Shown here: piece after piece, positions 10,787-20,000 of the stretch | How positions within the stretch are numbered: position 1 is the first letter of the stretch | Layout: the number at the start of each line of letters is the position of its first letter | NCBI GenBank assembly: GCA_002256025.1 | Contig: NKIB01012585.1 | Coordinates: forward strand, 55,471-75,470 | Reading direction: 5' to 3' | DNA: 20,000 nt | From: Asterionella formosa | Taxonomy: Eukaryota | Program-made: the position numbers and the translations under genes | The notes under the pieces: generated by a model | What the model was told of the DNA's origin: nothing | What the model saw: the letters and a program-made list of their open reading frames with translations, nothing else | Database searches by the model: none

Positions 10787-13663
10787 ATGTGCGTAATTCG
10801 AGAGTTAGAAGCTATCAAGGCTAACAACGGAGGTAAAATGCCATATGGCACTACTTCTAAAGTGGTGGAGGCTAGGAAAAGATTGCTCCCATGGCTATCA
10901 ATTAACCATGTCAAGTACCAGATGAAAAAGCCCAATGCTTGCAATAGAACCATACATGATGGAATTGATTCATCAACTTGCCCAAATGCGAAATCCTATA
11001 TCTGTCAGTGATGGTCGTCGACTTGCCAACTCCCTAATATCTGGAACTAAAATAGGAGTCAGCATCAATTCATGGAGACAAACTCATTCTTCTGCATACC
11101 GATCTAATAAAATTCCGAAACTTGGAATGGGTTACTGGAGAGGGTTCATGAAAAGGAGCAAATAGTGACCGCTAAACGAGTGTCAAATTTGAAAGCAAGC
11201 GAGCCGATTGGTGCACTTACAATAATTTTAAAGCAATGAATGAGCAAGTGTACAAGGAGATGGTTGCGGGAGGGATTAATGTTAAATTCCAAAAATAAGG
11301 AATGGTTGAATAAAGAAGGAGTAGTGGTACTTGAGGAAAAGGATGCATTGGGACTCCAGACAAAGTATAATTTGATTTGTCCTGACCGGATGCTTTTTGT
11401 TGAAAAGGTGGGATCAAACACATCTCCAACTAAAGATGGCAATGTGGGGGGAGAGTTATTCCTCTGTGGAGAGGGTGAGCAACCACAGCAAAGATCGGCA
11501 CATAAAGATGCACACTTTACCGTTCTTGGGTTTACAGCTGCGAATGGGAATCCAATTATGTGTGCCATCATTTTTGGGTCCATTACACTTTTTGCATAAA
11601 AGTGTCCGAAAATGCATAATGAATTAGTCGGGGGAACTTGGGGTTACTTTTTTGACTAAATTTGTAGCAAATCAATAATTATTTTTATCAATGATAGAAA
11701 CGTTTCCTAACTAAGTTTTCAATGTCTCTTTTTACTTAGTATATTGAAAATCGAAAATTAAAAATATATTTGTACTACTGCACATTTTGTCAAGAAATCG
11801 GATGCATAATGTATTAGATTTACTTACGTTTTCGACATGGAACACATCACACATGCAACAGACCTTGTATATACTTTGTACATTCCGTATATAGCGTTAC
11901 ATATTACCGGTATATATGTTTGGCATACATACTACTCGTTATGTACTACCAGTACTTGCATGTGTGTTTGTACAGCTGTCTGTGGTATTGGGTCGATGAG
12001 ACCACAGCAACTCCATCTTGACAATGACGAAATTATGGAGTTGAATATCTTTACGAATATTGACAATGAGCAATTCCCATTTTGCACGTGTATGTGCACT
12101 AACATAGACGAGATTATTTTTGCACTACTAGTATTGACAACAAAAAGTTGAAAGCGGCGCTGGAAGTTGTTTCTGGTCGTCATTTGCTCAGTTTTGAAGA
12201 TATGACCAAAGTAGCGACAGTTTTGAGTTCGCCATGATTAGCTTGATAACTTTAAATAGATAAGGTTTTCTATGTTTTGTAGAAAAAGATGAGAAACTTG
12301 AGCAACAGTATTCTCGGAGAGGGAACAAGCAACATTTCAAGATGCAAGAAAATCCTCTACGTCAATTTTGTAGTGAGTTTCACGTACACACTAATTGTTG
12401 TGGCTCATATTTCTAAGGAATCTTGATAAGGTCATTTGACAGTCTAATATAGACATATTTTCAGCCATTGAACAGGACACTGCTTGTTCTTTACGCGAAT
12501 AAAAACTTTGCATCGCGGAAATGATCATGAAATCCCCTGACTGTCGGTTTATGCATTTTCTGACACTTTTATGCAAAAAATGTATTCTTTCATCATTTTT
12601 GCTGAAGACTCTCGAAGATGAATGGGTCCACTTGGTCTTGATCCATTTGCAGAGTGGGTGGGAGATGAAAACAACTTGTTAGCAAACAGTTGAAAGAACA
12701 AAAGGTACATGCAAGGGCCAGTGTGCACACCAGTTGATGGAGTCAACTTACCTACTTGTGTTGTCCCTCTGAAAATGGAAGTATGAACAAAACGGTTGCT
12801 ACAAGATGGCCATTACAAAGCGAAGCGCGAAATACTCACCAAGAAAGCGGACCATCGTCAGGAATTCTCACTCAATAAAGTTGACATTGTCGGAATAGTA
12901 AGCACTGCATGGGATGAATCATTTGGTCAAGTTACCTCCAACAGGACTGCAATTGCCAACCGAGGATGGGGCCCACTCAACTAAAATGTTCTTAATCACT
13001 CTGAAATCCAACTTACAAAGATAACATTGCAAAACGGCACCCAAAACAACAACACTGCAAATGCTACTTCTCCCCAAGAATTAAATCTGTCAGATGGATA
13101 TGCTGGCACTCTTGATGACCGTGTTGTTGAATACAGGAATCGTGAAGATGCTCGAAATGGAATCGACCTTGATTCCCAAGCCCGTCAACACAAGGAAACT
13201 GCCCAAGCCCTTCTCGATTCCGACAAGAAAAGAATCTCTGCCGGCCTATTGGCATCTGCTGGCATTCATGCTCTTGGACCAAATGTGCTTGCATCTGCAA
13301 TGTTGAAATAATAGAAAGGCAGAGGAAGTGGTTACTGAGCGTCAAAACAGAAGGCAGCATGAATTTATGAAGCTACAGAACAAGTTTATGGCTCTAGGCG
13401 CAGCCAACAAGCCTGAGCATATGCTGTCAGTTCCTGAAATTAAGATCCTTGTGCGATGGTTTCAATGCAATGGAGATTTCCCAGCACTACAAACAAGACA
13501 AGCCCTACTTACCCGCTTGGGAGAGACTTCACACCAAGGAGACCAGCAGGCGCCAGCAGAAGAGATCACAACTGTTGTGGTTCTTGCTGCAAGTCCCATC
13601 CCCCCTATTCTCCCCCCTTGGCCTGCAGATGACAATTGTGCTGACACACAAGGAGGAAATTGA
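10787..13663 (+). pseudogene. Fragmented transposase (CENP-B/Tc5-like HTH plus DDE-like domain) with frameshifts, stops, apparent deletions and a nested insertion
   Basis: Collinear pieces in different frames: IEPYMMELIHQLAQMRNPISVSDGRRLANSLISGT, LGMGYWRGFMKR, DWCTYNNF, MLFVEKVGSNT (degenerate D-E), HFTVLGFTAANGNPIMCAIIF; after the insert GLDPFAEWVGDE, QGPVCT, ENGS, AWDESF...AIANRGWGPLN. Confidence 0.82.
11577..12591. mobile_element. Nested non-autonomous TIR element (~1015 bp, MULE/MITE-like) inside the transposase
   Basis: 36-bp inverted repeats 11584-11619 and 12549-12584 (34/36). Flanking direct repeat CATCATTTTTG at 11566-11576 and 12591-12601, implying a 9-11 bp TSD, so ends are uncertain by 1 bp. 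AT-rich non-coding interior; transposase text resumes right after it. Confidence 0.9.
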
Positions 13664-15104
13664 CATTCCAGCCGCACTGCCTTGCATGCTTCGGGCGAGG
13701 AAGAATATGATGGGTGGCTGAGAGGAGGAATATGAAGGAAGCGACGAGACAAGGAGGAGGCGAAAGCGGAGCGTGGTGGAGGCAATGGTGGAGAAGCAAA
13801 CAAGCAATCAATCAAAAAATTCTCGCTTGGCTGACATCTGTCATAGTAGTAATACCAACAAACCAGTAGCCTGATGTAATCAGAACACTAATTAGTGACG
13901 AATGTAAATAATCCCTATATAAATCTATATCAAACCATCATCAAAACGAACAAAAGTAAGATTATTGACACAAAAACTGAAATAATATTTGAGTTAAAAG
14001 GCAAACTCATTATTATTTAAGGTTAAAAACAATGAAAACAATTAATAATAAATGAGTAGATGATGCAACAGGCAAATAATATTGTGGTAGTAAAAAGCTT
14101 TAGAGTGAACAAAAGGGTAATCGAAACCAGAATTTGAATATAAAATTGTCTTCAGGTACGTAGTAAAAAATATGCATGTCATACAAAATGACCAAAATCA
14201 TCAACTCTAAAAACTTCATATCTCTTGAATTATGAAGCTTCATTACTAATTAAACAGACCTATTGAAGGCGGAGAGCCTGTTCTACATTTAGCTACGTAC
14301 TTGATTTGTTGTCACCATGAAATTTGACTAAAATAGTTTGAGTCGAAACATGGGGTAAACTTTATATGACTCTCAGTTTTTAAGTGGCACTCCTTGGATA
14401 CTTGGTACTGGTACCTGGGGTACTACCAGGTACCGGTATGAGAGCGTGGTACATCGAAGTCGACTCATTCGAACATGAGTCATAACTACGTACCGGTAGA
14501 TGAGCTCATTCTAACATACCGTAACCCTGCACTGACACCTTCACCCTAACCCTCCCAACCCTAAAGAAAGTTTAGCCACCTTACATCCCCAAGTCTAAGT
14601 CCAATTCGAATTCCAACCAACGAACAAACGGTTTCGTGCTGGTGTTCTAATGGAATGATTACCGACATAATTGTTCAATGAGCTCTTTTGGTTAGTTAGG
14701 GTTGTCCTTTGTCAGCCTATTTCCACAGAAACCTATTGCTTTGGCAAAACAAAACATCAACTCATCTTCGTTTCGACCTTCAACTTGAAGGTTTCAACTT
14801 GAAGGATGTCATCAAGGTAATGGTTGACACACCGACCAATGCAAAGCCAGTATTGATCAACTTGCCAACAGTCACCTTGACAACATCGTAATTGCTGACA
14901 GCCTTCTTGGCGGCAAGGCTTTCTTTTCAGTTTTCAGGTTGGAGGTCACAATCACCACAGAAGACATGTTCTCTAAGCAATTTCATTTCAGTGCTGCCAG
15001 CAAACCAAAATCAAATTACTTCTTAACTTTCCTTAATTATACTGTTTCACAACATCAATTCAGCATTCACCATTTCTCTACCCCACTATGCTTTGAGTCT
15101 TACA

Positions 15105-15106
<2 letters not shown>

Positions 15107-15136
<30 letters not shown>
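15107..15136. repeat. (CA)15 microsatellite in the 3' flank of the 15146-16591 gene
   Basis: Perfect CA run read directly, 9 bp beyond the stop codon of the minus-strand gene. Confidence 0.95.
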
Positions 15137-15140
<4 letters not shown>

Positions 15141-15145
15141 AACTA

Positions 15146-16591
15146 TCAACTCGACAACAACGGCTGAACCGACACCCCACTTATTTCTGCACTTTCCAAT
15201 ATGTTGACACCAGCCCCACTTGCATGTTCACCATGCTCCACTAGCACACGCAACTTTGCCATGCTTGCCAACACTTGGTCCATGTGCCCATCTATGCTGG
15301 GCTTAAAACATCGTTGGAACATAGAACAGATGCCGCATAAAAAAAGCGCGGACGAGGAAGAGGACAGTGATGGCTCTCGTGCAACGCGGACTTTATCCGT
15401 AATAGACGTGATTCCTTGATAATCAGATACTTCAAATGTATGAAATACAGTTAATCCTCCAGCAAATGGCCCAATCGTGAGCGACACTTGACCTCTATGG
15501 CGTTCTACAAACATGTTAACCTTTCCCCACAAGGGAAAACCCATATACGTTCGTATATTGTGTACAGAGGTGGCCAGGTAACCTCCTTTGACTGGAGATA
15601 CTAGTGTTGATGTTGATGCTTCTACCCATTCTCCATCGTACTGTACATGGAAGTGTGGGGCTGAGGGTGAGATATGAAACATCCATGCAACCTGCAATTC
15701 ACAAAGGTCATTTACCGCGCGGTTACCACCTTCATCTCGCCGATTGATGGCACTCTTCGCGCCATCACTACTCCTAGTCACCACTAACGTTTGCACTGAA
15801 TCACACCATAATTGCAGCAAATCCGGATTTCCCAGAACAAGCAAAACCTCACTCGTCGTTGCCTCTACTTGCATGGATATTTGAAAATTTTCTTCCCCTG
15901 CTAAATCTATTTGGATGCCTCGACTGAGAAGTCGAGACACTCGAAACGACCGATCAAGCGGGCTGTCTTGGCAAAGCCAAGAATGATTAGTTTCTCCTGG
16001 TGCCAAGGTCGACAGCACCCTCTCTTGCTGGGAACGTTCCCGTAGGACAGACAACCTATCTCCGCTTTGACATTGACTCTGATCATCGGCTGCTCGCATA
16101 AGCTCAGAAAACCCCATCGATCGAGCAAACGAGTCCGAATTTTTCGGATGCAAATGAAAGGTTGCCGTTTCTGAAACAAGATAGGACTTTATGCTTTCAA
16201 TTCGATATGCGGCCAGCAGTGAGGAAGCTTCAAATTCGATATTCTGCGATTCTTGCGACATATTGTTCAGACTAGTCAAATCTAATACATTTTCCATCGG
16301 ACTGTCGAAGAACGACGACCCTTGGGCCGTCTGTTCGGTCGCAGCAGTCATCAAAGAAGAATCATTAGGAGATGTCAAAGAATGTTTTACGAAGCTCGGA
16401 CCTATTGTATTTATATCAACTTGTGATTGTTGTGGAGACTGGAAAACGAACTTATCTTGGCTCTCCGGAGAGTTTCCTGAAGTTGCAAAAGGAAGTGCAT
16501 CATCTACACTGGAACAAGCACTGTGTTCATCACGATCATCATCATGGTCATCATCATGGTCATCATCATCGATATCAAAGTATGACGACAT
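15146..16591 (-). CDS. Hypothetical protein with an acidic disordered N-terminus and possible SRPBCC/START-like C-terminal domain; probable intron 15715-15641 (~456 aa spliced)
   Basis: 481-codon ORF starting with a D/H repeat. EVLLVLGNPDLLQLWCD followed by beta-rich segments and a final amphipathic helix fits a helix-grip fold (inference). Contains a 75-nt GTAAAT...TACAG in-frame intron candidate. Confidence 0.8.
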   Translation of the reverse strand: MSSYFDIDDDDHDDDHDDDRDEHSACSSVDDALPFATSGNSPESQDKFVFQSPQQSQVDINTIGPSFVKHSLTSPNDSSLMTAATEQTAQGSSFFDSPMENVLDLTSLNNMSQESQNIEFEASSLLAAYRIESIKSYLVSETATFHLHPKNSDSFARSMGFSELMRAADDQSQCQSGDRLSVLRERSQQERVLSTLAPGETNHSWLCQDSPLDRSFRVSRLLSRGIQIDLAGEENFQISMQVEATTSEVLLVLGNPDLLQLWCDSVQTLVVTRSSDGAKSAINRRDEGGNRAVNDLCELQVAWMFHISPSAPHFHVQYDGEWVEASTSTLVSPVKGGYLATSVHNIRTYMGFPLWGKVNMFVERHRGQVSLTIGPFAGGLTVFHTFEVSDYQGITSITDKVRVAREPSLSSSSSALFLCGICSMFQRCFKPSIDGHMDQVLASMAKLRVLVEHGEHASGAGVNILESAEISGVSVQPLLSS

Positions 16592-18211
16592 GGTGCGTGA
16601 GCATGTGCTTTCTGTGTGCTTGGTAATTTCGGAGTTATTGTTTATGGCGATGAGTTAACTCAGCCAAAACAAAATATTCATTCTGGCAGGGGGTTGAAGC
16701 ATGACACCACCAATTAGAAATACTGTAGATGATGGAACAGAATTGGAATATCATACCTGGTAACCGGTACCAGATACAAGGTACCAGGTACCAGGTAGCA
16801 CAGCCAACATGCCGCATGACATTTAGCATAGGACTCATGTAAGGGGATAGGTACCATGTACCACATACCAGGAACCTGGTAACATTACCTGGTACCTGGT
16901 ACAACTGTTACTGGGGTAGACTTCGTATCCTTCTTGTGTACCATTGTACCTGCTGCGGAGTACCAGTACTCCTATGGACGGTTTGTACCGTATACCGGTA
17001 CTGTAGTTAGCTACCCGTTACTACGTCAGCAGTCGCAGTCCACAATTCACACCCACGTATACACGAATGAACAAAACTTTCGTTCTCTTTACTCCTGTCG
17101 TTTCTGTGCATACGTGAGGAATGTAAGAATCAATTTTTGTTCCAAGTTCTCTTATTTTTGTTTAGGCCGACAGATCAACCTGTCTGTATGTAAGAAAAGA
17201 AACAAGGCAGGCGGAGGTGGACAGAATTCCAAAATCCGGGCTGCTTAGTCTTGGTAAGTGCAGAGGCACCCGGTTGGTACGCCACAGCCATAATTTCATG
17301 ATATGAATGATTGTCGTTACATCACACCAACAAAAAGAAGAAGTGGTGAGAAAAGACTGTTCGTACTACAGCGCATGCCCTTCCTCGAACACTTTGAGTA
17401 CCGGTGGAATCATTGCAGACAAATTGGCCAGAGTCACTCATTTTCTTGATGCATCACACAATTCTTGCCTTCAGTGATGCAAAGACAATCTTGAGTCATC
17501 ATAGAGAATCCATACCTCTGACTATTATTTTTTTGAGACGATCCTTGAATGACTTTTGACACTCGAAGTAAGTTAAAACTGATGTTAAGCACATTTCAGT
17601 TCTTGATCAATAATTGAACCGCACATGTGCATACAAAAACATGGTAGTAGATTTCTGATTAGACTTTGCTTTTCAATTCAAAGTGAATTATCTAAATAGA
17701 AGTTCGAGTAGTCGATAAATATATTAATGTATCTGTTAGTCAATATATCCAGATAAACATCTTTTGATCAATCATTTTATCATAAATAACATATCAAGTT
17801 CTGATACAAAAACGGGTATATCAAACCGAAACACCCTCCCATAGACCCACCATACCGGTACTCTGCTAAAAGACTCTAAACCGGTACCATTCCATCATCT
17901 ATCACACTACTCCGGAGTACGTACCATGTACCGCTGGTACCAGTACCTACATAGCCCACTGAGCTTGCCTACCAGGCGACGTATGTTCATAATTTGAAAT
18001 TAGCAATGGAAGTGGCAATATATAGCTTACCGTAGTTAGTCTAGCTAGATGTGTTGACAATGAACACATTAGATCAATTTGGAATCAAAGCAGCTTCATT
18101 GCCCTCGAAAAAACAACGGGGTCACTGATTGGCATCGCGATCCAATATTCAAGTCGCATGTTAAAAACATTTATAAGTGAAGCTCTTTGTTTCAAAAAAC
18201 ATACCCTCCCG

Positions 18212-19402
18212 TTAGATATGGAGTACGTAAGGCTCATTCATACTCTCAAACAACGCCAAGACTGTTTCCAGTTCCACGACTGAGTTTTGTTCTTTTAAGC
18301 AACTCGCTGATCCACATGCCAAACCAAAGGCGAACGATGCCACCATTGTTCGCGTTGCCACATTTTCAGATAGCCCTTTGGTCACGATGTTAAGTCGTTT
18401 CTTCAAGCTCAACATTGTCGTTTCATCGAGCAATTTGCTCTCTGGATCTTCCAGGGATCTCCATGCTGCCAGTGTTCCCGCAGCAACGGAGTCTCCTGCT
18501 CCAATCGGATAAAGCGTTTTGCTTTTATCCAATATGGGCGGGTCCATCCGGAAGATTTCAGGTTTCTCTTCGATAGCACCATTCAAGGCCACAAAATGCG
18601 CTGCATATTTGCCATCTGTGATGGCCAATCCGGCCAAGGCCTTAGGAGAAAATTCTTTCAAAAATTGATCGACTGCCATTCCAAGCTCGCCTGGTGAAAT
18701 TCCCTCGGCTTCACTGCTGCTTTTCGGGGCCTTCGCGAGTCGACAAAGTTCGGAGGCATTAATTTTTAAAATTACAGGACCTCGATCTTCAATTCCAGAA
18801 ATAGTGCTCAGTAGTGGACTCAATCCATCGACAGAATCGATCACACAAAGGACTCGCTTCGAACACAGTTTCTCATAAATGCCTCCATATATGTCTTTTG
18901 GACACCCTGGTGGAATCGATCCCATAAAACAAATGGCAGCCGTGAGACTAGCCTTTGCTACTAACTGATTCATAAACTCTGTTTGTTCTTCATCTTCAAT
19001 GATGCCACTTGGTTCGACTAGTTCAGTCGACGCATCCGATGCCACAATTGTAGTACACGTTCTCATTTGACTCTTTGTTCGCACAGTCAATGCACTAGCT
19101 CCTTCAACTCCAAGCTTTTCCCGCAGAATTTCCATGACAGTATTTCCTTCAGGGTCATTTCCTACAAATTGAGCTAATCGTGTATCTCCGTAGCCCAAAC
19201 AACTTAAGGTGATGCAGACGTCCTGACCCTTGCCACCAACGCCCGTTTGAACCTCCGCGGCTCGATGAACATTGCCAGGCACCAGTTTGTTATCTGGTGT
19301 CAGGACGAAGCGCTTCTGGAGAGCCCCATTCAAACCAACAACAACGGTGTAGGCGCTAATTGAGGACATAATCAGGGAATGACACACGAGAAGGATCAGC
19401 AT
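18212..19402 (-). CDS. PfkB/ribokinase-family carbohydrate kinase (1-phosphofructokinase/tagatose-6-phosphate kinase-like)
   Basis: VVGLNGALQK, GVGGKGQDV, RTCTTI, TELVEP, GSIPPG, LKINASEL, ITDG and PIGAGDS signature motifs; intronless. Alternative start ATG at 19369. Confidence 0.92.
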   Translation of the reverse strand: MLILLVCHSLIMSSISAYTVVVGLNGALQKRFVLTPDNKLVPGNVHRAAEVQTGVGGKGQDVCITLSCLGYGDTRLAQFVGNDPEGNTVMEILREKLGVEGASALTVRTKSQMRTCTTIVASDASTELVEPSGIIEDEEQTEFMNQLVAKASLTAAICFMGSIPPGCPKDIYGGIYEKLCSKRVLCVIDSVDGLSPLLSTISGIEDRGPVILKINASELCRLAKAPKSSSEAEGISPGELGMAVDQFLKEFSPKALAGLAITDGKYAAHFVALNGAIEEKPEIFRMDPPILDKSKTLYPIGAGDSVAAGTLAAWRSLEDPESKLLDETTMLSLKKRLNIVTKGLSENVATRTMVASFAFGLACGSASCLKEQNSVVELETVLALFESMNEPYVLHI

Positions 19403-19879
19403 TGCCTATTATGAAAGAATATCTCTGAGAGTCTATACATAGAATGAGGAAGACAAAAAAAAAAAAAAAAGATACGAAGATTTGTTCATCTGTCTTGGTA
19501 CGACCAGGTGCTGAGTACTCCGAGTACCAGGTAGGATACCGATACCTGGGAGATTCCCAGAACCCATTGTGCGCCACATGGTGCAGCTAAAAAGGAGCAA
19601 GTTGCGGTAATTGTGCTGAAACTAAAACTTTAGCTATATTAATCCTATCTAAAATTGTTTATTTAAGGTTCCTGCATTTGAACCCCTAGCTCGAGGTAGG
19701 GTTAAAAAAAGAATATTGAGTCAGAGTAGTCAAACATAGACTTCTTACGAGTAAAACGTAAATGTATATCCCTAAACGGAGCTTTCACCAATACACACCC
19801 TTTCCACATGCTTAAATACAGTCATTTATCAAAGTAGGGGTATAGGTCAACGCTATATATCGTCAGGATATAGGATCTG

Positions 19880-20000
19880 GCGAGAAACTGCAGAAAGGAA
19901 CTTCGGTTTTTTAACTATGCTGAAAATAGTGGATTTTACCGGGCAAACTCGTTTATTTGGCCTAGTAAAAAAACCGAAGTTCCTTTCTGCAGTTCCTCGC
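19880..20000. repeat. Long inverted repeat / MITE-like foldback element, truncated by the window end
   Basis: GCGAGAAACTGCAGAAAGGAACTTCGGTTTTTTAACTA (19880-19917) matches the reverse complement of 19963-20000 at 36/38; 45-bp spacer. Confidence 0.88.

Larger units (their letters stand above)
10134..14387 (+). mobile_element. Degenerate pogo/Tc1-mariner-like DNA transposon (~4.25 kb including the nested insert)
   Basis: 27-bp terminal inverted repeats: CCACCTAAAAACTGAGAGTCATACAAA (10134-10160) matches the reverse complement of 14361-14387 at 25/27. Flanked by TA (10132-10133) on the left and CA (probably a mutated TA) on the right. Contains transposase remnants. Confidence 0.88.

Noticed and set aside
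11837..12183. ORFs inside the nested element as its transposase
   Set aside because: Short, low-complexity and without catalytic motifs; the element appears non-coding.
16754..17005. CRISPR array or regular tandem satellite
   Set aside because: Units are 5-9 bp, irregular and in both orientations, with no constant repeat-spacer period and no cas genes; the context is eukaryotic.
16191..17248. ORFs 16191-16658, 16372-16626, 16635-16904 and 16934-17248
   Set aside because: Antisense shadows of the real gene or by-products of the GGTACC-rich motifs (W/Y/L/V/P/G-rich translations).
19681..19703. Imperfect palindrome AACCCCTAGCTCGAGGTAGGGTT followed by an A run, as a terminator
   Set aside because: Intrinsic terminators do not apply to this eukaryotic locus; short and possibly chance.

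Overview
Gene-dense eukaryotic nuclear DNA with short GT-AG introns, most consistent with a diatom or other stramenopile (inferred from gene style, not proven). Genes: a 4-exon mitochondrial-type ClpX, two hypothetical proteins, proteasome subunit beta type-2, an intronless DUF4954-like left-handed beta-helix protein, EB1, a hypothetical protein with a possible SRPBCC-like domain, and a PfkB-family sugar kinase. Positions 10134-14387 hold a decayed TA-flanked pogo/Tc1-mariner-like DNA transposon with CCA...TGG termini. Its transposase is split by a nested ~1 kb non-autonomous element with a 9-11 bp target-site duplication. A MITE-like hairpin runs off the right edge. The most unusual signal is that non-coding DNA is strongly enriched in chained TA-CC(W)GG-TA motifs. 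These look like accumulated excision footprints of CC(A)...(T)GG-ended, TA-targeting transposons such as the one in this window; this is a hypothesis.
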